DNA of 62,747 bases from Candidatus Saccharimonadota bacterium. Its GTDB lineage: Bacteria; Patescibacteriota; Saccharimonadia; Saccharimonadales; CAIOMD01. Positions within the stretch are counted from its first letter, which is position 1; every line of letters begins with the position of its first letter. The stretch lies in assembly GCA_017992295.1 (NCBI GenBank), contig JAGOOV010000001.1:1-62747 (forward strand). Reading direction: 5' to 3'. Below the pieces are notes generated by a model. The model saw nothing but the letters and a program-made list of their open reading frames with translations, was not told the origin of the DNA and searched no databases. The position numbers and the translations under genes were made by a program. Positions 56,961 to 62,747 of this stretch are shown piece after piece.

Positions 56961-57349
56961 TTATTTTAACACTTAGGACCGATCAGGCAGAGTCAAAAAT
57001 CGCTCTTTATAACGATTTCGTGCTGGTTCACGAACTAAACTGGCAAGCTCATCGCACTTTGGCCGATACGATTCATATAAAAATAAAAAGTCTACTAGAC
57101 GAAAGTGGTAAAACATTAAATGACATTCACGGTTTAGTGTGTTTTAGAGGCCCAGGGAGCTTCACCGGTTTAAGGATTGGCCTCTCGTTGGCAAATGCCT
57201 TGACCCAATCACTTAACTTGGCTATAGTAGGCACCGAAGGTGCCCTCTGGCAAGAGAAAGGGATCCAACGTCTTATAGCGGGCCAAGATGATAAAATGGT
57301 GTTGCCTCATTATGGCTCGAAAGTAAAAATCACCAAACCTAAAAAATAA
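56957..57349 (+). CDS. tsaB: tRNA t6A37 biosynthesis protein TsaB (N-terminal domain only, 130 aa)
   Basis: GPGSFTGLRIGLSLANAL and an overlap with tsaE. Confidence 0.65.
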   Translation: MIILTLRTDQAESKIALYNDFVLVHELNWQAHRTLADTIHIKIKSLLDESGKTLNDIHGLVCFRGPGSFTGLRIGLSLANALTQSLNLAIVGTEGALWQEKGIQRLIAGQDDKMVLPHYGSKVKITKPKK

Positions 57350-57351
57350 AC

Positions 57352-58116
57352 ATGCAAGCATTTTGGCAGATTTTAATATTATCGTTATTGGGTAGTTTGA
57401 CTGCTTGGCTGGTAGCAGTTTTTTTTATAGGCAACAAAAATACTTCAAAAATCTTGGCTGGCTATGCCACTCCTTTTGCTGCGGGGGCCTTTTTAGCAAC
57501 CGTCTTTTTTGACTTATTGCCAGAGGGCCTAGAACAAGGGCAAATAAATAAAGTTCTAACCAGCGTATTAATTGGCCTGGTCGTGTTTTTTTACTTGGAG
57601 CGCTTTTTACGTTGGTTCCATTTTCATAGCCACAAACATAAACAAAGTAAAAATAAACTGGGCTCGGTCACCCTGATAGTAATTACCGATACGCTACACA
57701 ATATGTTAGATGGAGTGGCCATCGCTACGGCCTTTTTGGTTAGTTTGCCGCTGGGAGTTGTAATGGTTTTGGCAATAGTAGCACACGAAATACCGCAAAC
57801 ACTGTCTATTTTTGGTTTAATGCTTTCAATGAAAGTAAAAAAATTAAGTATCTTAACTATAAATTTATGTAGTTCTTTAACTACCGTCCCTGTAGCCATC
57901 TTTACTTACTGGATGGGCTCGGCCAGCAGATTGCCGCTGGGCGTATTGCTTGGTTTAAGTGCCGGCTTTCTGTTATATCTGGCAACGGCAGATATTATTC
58001 CAACTATTCACGAAGATACAGATAAAAGGCCATTACACGATATTCGTCCGGTTATTCTACTCTTTGGTATTGTAACGGTCTATGTGTTAATTAAAATTGT
58101 CAATAAATTTGCCTAA
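57352..58116 (+). CDS. ZIP family divalent metal transporter
   Basis: HNMLDGVAIA and AHEIPQTLSIFG motifs, a His-rich loop (HFHSHKHK), 8 TM helices. Confidence 0.8.
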   Translation: MQAFWQILILSLLGSLTAWLVAVFFIGNKNTSKILAGYATPFAAGAFLATVFFDLLPEGLEQGQINKVLTSVLIGLVVFFYLERFLRWFHFHSHKHKQSKNKLGSVTLIVITDTLHNMLDGVAIATAFLVSLPLGVVMVLAIVAHEIPQTLSIFGLMLSMKVKKLSILTINLCSSLTTVPVAIFTYWMGSASRLPLGVLLGLSAGFLLYLATADIIPTIHEDTDKRPLHDIRPVILLFGIVTVYVLIKIVNKFA

Positions 58117-58217
58117 AACCCTACAAAAGTCATATATTATTAAGTAGGATTGACTTAAAGAGCGAGTTTTTATTTAAGAAATCCATTTAATTGATTCATT
58201 AATTCAAATTTGTGATT

Positions 58218-58271
58218 TCAGATTACTTACGAAAGCTAAAGAAGTGAAAGTGATGCTTTTTGAAGTAATCT
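58218..58271 (+). promoter_or_regulatory. long imperfect hairpin in the rny leader
   Basis: CAGATTACTT pairs with AAGTAATCTG, with an inner AAAGC/GCTTT helix. It ends 22 nt before the rny ATG. Confidence 0.5.
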
Positions 58272-58293
58272 GCCAGCGATAGAAAGGATAGTT

Positions 58294-59808
58294 ATGGATC
58301 CAGTTACCATTGCGCTAGCTATTGTAGGTATTGGCGCAGGATTTGCTACTAGTCAAATAATAACTAAACGTAAAATAGGCTCGGCGGAGCATGAAGCCGA
58401 AAAACAATTGGCCAAGGCTAATAAAGAAGCTGCCTCTATTACTAGGAAGGCGCAAGAAGAGGCTTCAAAAATTGTTGAGGAAACTCGCAAGGAGGAACAA
58501 CGACATCGTAAAGAACTTAAAGAAACCGAGAACAGGTTGCGAGAAAGAGAAACGTCATTAGACAAAAAATTAGACGAATTAGATAAACGAAGTGAAAAGT
58601 TACGTTCCAGCGAAGATGAAGTTGAAGAGCTAAAAAATGACATTCGTGATTTAAGAAAAAAGCAACAAGACAAGCTGGAAAAAATCGCCAAACTAACCAA
58701 AGCCGAAGCTGCCGAAAAATTGCTTACGATGACAGAAAGAGACGTTAAGCAAGATTTAACCAGTCTAGTCACCAAGTTGCAAAACGAGGCTAAAGAAAAT
58801 GCTGAAGAGAGCGCTGGAGTAATTTTGATTTCGGCTATGGAGCGTATGGCCAGTGAAGTAGCGGCCGAGCGGACAGTCACTGCCGTAAAGCTAGAAGACG
58901 AAGAAATGAAAGGGCGGATAATTGGCAAAGAAGGGCGAAATATTCAAGCCTTGCAACGCGCCACGGGAGTTGACATCTTGGTCGATGATACTCCCGGAAT
59001 GATAGTACTAAGTAGCTTCGATCCGGTACGACGAGAAGTAGCACGCACCGCCCTGGAGATGTTGTTGAAAGACGGCCGCGTGCATCCCGGTCGCATTGAA
59101 GAGGTGGTCGAGAAAGCTCAAAAACAGGTTCAAAAAGAGGTCATAAGAGCGGGTGAAGATTCAGCCCGCGAGGTTGGTATAGTAGGAATTCCTCGAGAAA
59201 TTCTACAATACTTAGGCGAACTTAAGTTTCGTACCAGTTACGGCCAGAATGTACTTAAACACTCGGTAGAAATGGCTCATATTGCCGGTATCATTGCAGA
59301 CGAAATCGGGGCCGATTCCCACATAACAAAATATGCTGCCTTAATTCACGATATCGGAAAAGCTTTGAGTCACAAAATTGAAGGCAAACACCATATGATT
59401 ACCGGGGAGATAGCTCGTAAATATGGGGTACCAGAAGAAGTTGCCGCCGCTGCTGAAGCTCATCACGACGACGTAGAAGCCACAAGTGTTGAGGCACTGG
59501 TAATTAGGGTGGTTGATGCTATCAGTTCTGCCCGCCCCGGAGCTCGCAATATATCAAGTGAAAATTTTGCCGAGCGGATGAAGGAACTCGAAAATGTGGC
59601 TACAGGATTTAGCGGGATTGAGAAAGCTTACGCTATTAGTGCTGGTCGTGAAGTGAGAATTTTCGTAAAACCTGGAGAGATTGATGATTTGAGTGCCATT
59701 AAATTGGCTCGCGACATAGCTACTAAAATAGAGTCAACTATGCAATACCCGGGCACCATAAAAGTCAATGTAATACGCGAAACTCGCGCCATAGAGTATG
59801 CAAAGTAA
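58294..59808 (+). CDS. rny: ribonuclease Y
   Basis: N-terminal TM helix, a long charged coiled coil, KH domain (GRIIGKEGRNIQAL), HD domain (HDIGKA...HHD). Confidence 0.92.
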   Translation: MDPVTIALAIVGIGAGFATSQIITKRKIGSAEHEAEKQLAKANKEAASITRKAQEEASKIVEETRKEEQRHRKELKETENRLRERETSLDKKLDELDKRSEKLRSSEDEVEELKNDIRDLRKKQQDKLEKIAKLTKAEAAEKLLTMTERDVKQDLTSLVTKLQNEAKENAEESAGVILISAMERMASEVAAERTVTAVKLEDEEMKGRIIGKEGRNIQALQRATGVDILVDDTPGMIVLSSFDPVRREVARTALEMLLKDGRVHPGRIEEVVEKAQKQVQKEVIRAGEDSAREVGIVGIPREILQYLGELKFRTSYGQNVLKHSVEMAHIAGIIADEIGADSHITKYAALIHDIGKALSHKIEGKHHMITGEIARKYGVPEEVAAAAEAHHDDVEATSVEALVIRVVDAISSARPGARNISSENFAERMKELENVATGFSGIEKAYAISAGREVRIFVKPGEIDDLSAIKLARDIATKIESTMQYPGTIKVNVIRETRAIEYAK

Positions 59809-60034
59809 AAAACAACAAAAATTTAAAATAACTAGGCAATTTGTGTGCTTTTTCCACTTTGTTAGTTGGTTCTCTATAAGTCTTGGGCTTAGCTTGTACT
59901 TTAAGGGACCGAATCTTGAGATTCATATACCGTTTGGTTTTATCAAAATTGGTTTTGAAGAACATAGCGAATTGCGCCCAGCTAATGAGGATAAGTTTCG
60001 TAAAAGAACTATTGGGCTTCAGGAACGCTGGTAG
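59798..60034 (+). CDS. possible small membrane protein (78 aa)
   Basis: The ATG overlaps the end of rny by 11 nt. It has one hydrophobic segment. No SD or family was recognised. Confidence 0.25.
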   Translation: MQSKKQQKFKITRQFVCFFHFVSWFSISLGLSLYFKGPNLEIHIPFGFIKIGFEEHSELRPANEDKFRKRTIGLQERW

Positions 60035-60083
60035 ACAATCATTTGGGGATAAAAAAGGGATAGTTTATAATTATCCCCGTTAT

Positions 60084-60160
60084 CGGGGTGTGGCGCAGTT
60101 GGCTAGCGCGCGCGCTTTGGGAGCGCGAGGTCGGAGGTTCAAGTCCTCTCACCCCGACCA
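60084..60160 (+). tRNA. tRNA-Pro (UGG)
   Basis: C1:G72 acceptor stem CGGGGTG/CACCCCG, anticodon loop TTTGGGA, encoded CCA. Confidence 0.9.
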
Positions 60161-60161
60161 T

Positions 60162-60200
60162 CCTCTGTGATTCGGCTTTTGTCGAAACACAGAGGATTTT
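60162..60200 (+). terminator. rho-independent terminator
   Basis: Stem CCTCTGTG-TTCG ... CGAA-CACAGAGG followed by ATTTT. Confidence 0.75.
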
Positions 60201-60286
60201 AAATTATGCTATTGTTTTAAATCTCAAATGATTATACTTTGGTAGAGTACAAAAAGTATAACAAGTTATACATTAGGAGAAATACC

Positions 60287-60544
60287 ATGCAGAATTTCGA
60301 ACATAGTTTTTTTGGTCGTTGCACGGTCGGTCAAAAAGGTCAAGTTGTAATACCGGTTAAAGCAAGAAAAAAGATGAGGTTAAACAATGATGACGAGCTA
60401 GTGGTGTTTGGCAATAAAAAAATATTACATATGATAAAGGCTTCCGAATTAGGCAGTATACTAAAATCTTTAAGGGAAAAATTTGACTTGGAGGCAAGCA
60501 AAGGCGAAAGAGTAGCTAAACAGGGAAATAAAAATGCTAAATAA
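60287..60544 (+). CDS. AbrB/MazE/SpoVT-family DNA-binding protein
   Basis: VGQKGQVVIPVKARKKMRL..DDELVVF swapped-hairpin motif. The ATG at 60287 follows AGGAGA. The 3' end overlaps the MFS gene by 11 nt. Confidence 0.65.
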   Translation: MQNFEHSFFGRCTVGQKGQVVIPVKARKKMRLNNDDELVVFGNKKILHMIKASELGSILKSLREKFDLEASKGERVAKQGNKNAK

Positions 60545-62318
60545 GCTTATAAAAAAAACAAACCGTAAGTGGTGGATACTCGGTACTGTTTGTTTTGCTC
60601 TATTGATGATCGTACTGGACGGCAATGTAGTAAATCTGGCGATACCCAGCATAATAGATACCTTTAATGCTTCTATCAGCCAGGTCGAGTGGGTCAATAA
60701 TGCTTATTTACTTGTTTTTGCCGTTTTTCTTATTACCTTTGGCCGATTAGGAGATGAATTTGGCCGAAAAAAACTGTTTATTATTGGATTGATAGTTTTT
60801 GTTTTGGGCTCTATGCTATGCGGAATTTCAAATTCAATCAACCAATTAATCTTTTTTAGATGCTTGCAGGGTTTTGGTGGTGCGGCCATGATGCCGGCCA
60901 CACTATCGCTTATCACCGTAAGCTTTAAGGCGAAAGAGCGAGGTGTTGCCCTAGGGCTTTGGGGTGCGGTAGCGGGGGTGAGCATTGTACTTGGCCCGAT
61001 AATTGGCGGGCTATTAACGGAACACGGGTTGGGGTTGGCTATAAATAATTTTTTGGGTATCAGTGAATTTTGGAGGTATGTATTTTATATCAACTTGCCG
61101 ATTGGCATTACCGCTATTGTCGCAACTTTGATAATAATTCCAGAATCCCGCGATCGAGAGAAAAAGCATCCGGTGGACTTTTTGGGCATTTTGTTGTCGG
61201 GCTTTTCGATTTTACTATTAACTTTTGCATTTATTGAAGGTGCAAAATATGGCTGGTGGCAAGCCCTGCAAGCTTTTAGCCTATTTGGTTGGCATATTAA
61301 ATTTGGCAATTTGAGTATTGTTCCGGTACTTTTTGTGCTTTCGATTGTTTTTGGAATTCTATTTTTTATATGGGAAAAGTATAAAAAACACGAACCCTTA
61401 GTAAATATCGAATTATTTAAAGAGCGCAACTACAAAGCCGGCAATGCGGTTACTGCTATCTTGTCTTTTGCTATGATGGGCTCTTTCTTTTTACTGCCTT
61501 TGTTTTTGCAACTAATTTTAGGATTAAGCCCAGCCAAGACCGGCCAATACCTGATACCTTTGGCTGTAACTATTATTATGGTCGCTCCACTATCGGGTAG
61601 GTTGGCCGATAAACTGGGCCCGCGCTATTTAGCTTTTAGCGGTTTGCTAGTAATGTCGATTGGCCTTTATATAATGAGCCACTTTACCATTAACACCTCC
61701 GCTCATGATTTAGTTTTACCTTTTGTGATAGTCGGACTTGGCATGGGGCTTATTCAAGCTCCGATATCAAGTGCTGTTTTAAAGAATGTTCCAGAGGACA
61801 AAGCCGGTGGTGCTTCTGGGGTGGTGACGACAATTAGACAGATTGGGTCGATAATGGGTATAGCAGTTTTGGGCGCTGTTCTGCAATCGCAAATGATTAG
61901 TTCGTTCAATAAAAGCATTAACCAAATGAGCGAAGTGCCAACAGCTATGAAAACCCAAATATCCCAACAAGTAAGCGCCGGTAATGCTTTTCGTTCTAGT
62001 AAAGCAATGCAACGTCAATTAAATTATGCTCTGAACCAACAACTACAAAAAGCGGTGCCTCTGCCTGATTTATCTGAATTATCGCCCGCACAAAAAGATG
62101 TGATGATAGCTAAGGTGCAGTCTAGAAGACAAGTTCTTGCTAAACAGTTTGGCTCAATTGGTCAAAAAATTAATATGAATGTTAAAAAGAGTTTTATGGA
62201 CTCGCTGGGAGATACGCTTCGGATGGCCTCATTGATTACATTGTTTGGCGCTGGCGTGTCGCTGTTTCTGCAAAACCCTCAAAAAAGAAGCAAGCAAGCT
62301 GTTGTCATAAAAGGATGA
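60534..62318 (+). CDS. MFS transporter, DHA2 (EmrB/QacA-like, 14-TMS) family
   Basis: LDGNVVNLAIPSI, GRLGDEFGRKK (motif A) and GPIIGGLL (motif C), about 14 TM helices and a long hydrophilic C-terminal extension. Confidence 0.8.
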   Translation: MLNKLIKKTNRKWWILGTVCFALLMIVLDGNVVNLAIPSIIDTFNASISQVEWVNNAYLLVFAVFLITFGRLGDEFGRKKLFIIGLIVFVLGSMLCGISNSINQLIFFRCLQGFGGAAMMPATLSLITVSFKAKERGVALGLWGAVAGVSIVLGPIIGGLLTEHGLGLAINNFLGISEFWRYVFYINLPIGITAIVATLIIIPESRDREKKHPVDFLGILLSGFSILLLTFAFIEGAKYGWWQALQAFSLFGWHIKFGNLSIVPVLFVLSIVFGILFFIWEKYKKHEPLVNIELFKERNYKAGNAVTAILSFAMMGSFFLLPLFLQLILGLSPAKTGQYLIPLAVTIIMVAPLSGRLADKLGPRYLAFSGLLVMSIGLYIMSHFTINTSAHDLVLPFVIVGLGMGLIQAPISSAVLKNVPEDKAGGASGVVTTIRQIGSIMGIAVLGAVLQSQMISSFNKSINQMSEVPTAMKTQISQQVSAGNAFRSSKAMQRQLNYALNQQLQKAVPLPDLSELSPAQKDVMIAKVQSRRQVLAKQFGSIGQKINMNVKKSFMDSLGDTLRMASLITLFGAGVSLFLQNPQKRSKQAVVIKG

Positions 62319-62368
62319 GTACCGTCTTTTTTAACGAATTATATTTATTTTTATGTTAGGATAATTTT

Positions 62369-62584
62369 ATGAACGAAGCATGGTTTAACCATAATTGGTG
62401 GTGGTTTCTGTTAGTGTTACTATGGTCGTATGCCTGGAAGGCGTTTGCTCTTTGGCGGGCAGCTAGAAAGAACGACAAAGTTTGGTTTGTGGTGCTTCTG
62501 TTAGTAAATACTGCTGGTATTCTAGAAATATTTTATCTCTTTTACTTTTCTAAATTAGGTAAGAAAGCACCAAAAACAGAGTAA
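62369..62584 (+). CDS. small Trp-rich two-TM membrane protein
   Basis: WWWFLLVLLWSYAWKAFALW and VWFVVLLLVNTAGILEIFYLFYF. Confidence 0.5.
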   Translation: MNEAWFNHNWWWFLLVLLWSYAWKAFALWRAARKNDKVWFVVLLLVNTAGILEIFYLFYFSKLGKKAPKTE

Positions 62585-62628
62585 TTTAAGCTATAATTTG
62601 GTTGTTGTATGAGTCAAAACTTCTACGA

Positions 62629-62705
62629 CGGGGTGTGGCGCAGTTGGCTAGCGCGCAGCGTTCGGGACGCTGAGGTCGGAGGTTCAAGTCCTCTCACCCC
62701 GACCA
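62629..62705 (+). tRNA. tRNA-Pro (CGG)
   Basis: Identical to the tRNA at 60084 except for the anticodon stem-loop (CAGCG-TTCGGGA-CGCTG). Encoded CCA. Confidence 0.9.
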
Positions 62706-62747
62706 AGCCATCTTAACTCTATTATCCGTGTTTGCCGTGTATAATAC

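Noticed and set aside
60044-60090. Hairpins GGGGATAA...TTATCCCC and CCCCG-TTAT-CGGGG just upstream of, and pairing into, the tRNA-Pro 5' end.
   Set aside because: They are probably incidental precursor structure or a weak terminator for upstream transcription. There is not enough evidence for a distinct element.
59883-60170. 95-aa plus-strand ORF.
   Set aside because: It reads straight through tRNA-Pro (60084-60160) and has no translation signals.

Overview
This is a gene-dense 62.7-kb chromosomal segment with about 90% coding sequence. It uses the standard genetic code, since TGA terminates conserved genes such as ruvA. Many start/stop codons overlap (ATGA) and Shine-Dalgarno sites are strong. 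All calls come from reading the ORF translations and the DNA by eye; no searches were run.

The content suggests a reduced-genome Patescibacteria/CPR bacterium, Saccharibacteria-like (inference). Supporting features are a short archaeal-type AspRS, a secretin-less type IV pilus cluster with giant pilins, a ComEC without a metallo-beta-lactamase domain, shortened HrcA and TsaB, and many orphan single-pass membrane proteins.

Housekeeping blocks:
- aspS, murC, an ABC-2 exporter, dus
- tilS-ftsH-murJ-lepA
- a CIRCE-controlled hrcA-grpE-dnaK-dnaJ operon
- a rimK triad, then comEC and yebC-ruvCAB
- a pilB-pilC-pilA-minor pilin-pilMNO cluster on the minus strand
- recA-recX, tsaE-tsaB, a ZIP transporter, rny and a DHA2 MFS pump

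There are six tRNA genes: three with anticodon CAU, one Lys-UUU, and Pro-UGG plus Pro-CGG. I saw no rRNA, CRISPR array, transposase or integrase.

Most interesting observations:
1. A low-GC two-gene insertion between dnaK and dnaJ, plus a small UBA-like ORF between grpE and dnaK.
2. An intact ORF that is a membrane-less, catalytically dead P-type ATPase homolog.
3. A coupled operon ending in a flavoprotein disulfide reductase homolog that has lost its CxxxxC centre but ends in Cys-Cys, preceded by a stand-alone ATP-cone.
4. A surface lamin-tail-domain protein with a histone-H1-like Lys/Ala tract next to its membrane anchor, located among DNA-uptake and recombination genes.
5. A self-contained 26-codon micro-ORF cassette with its own promoter, operator palindrome, SD and terminator.
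6. Two near-identical tRNA-Pro genes bracketing an AbrB-MFS cassette.
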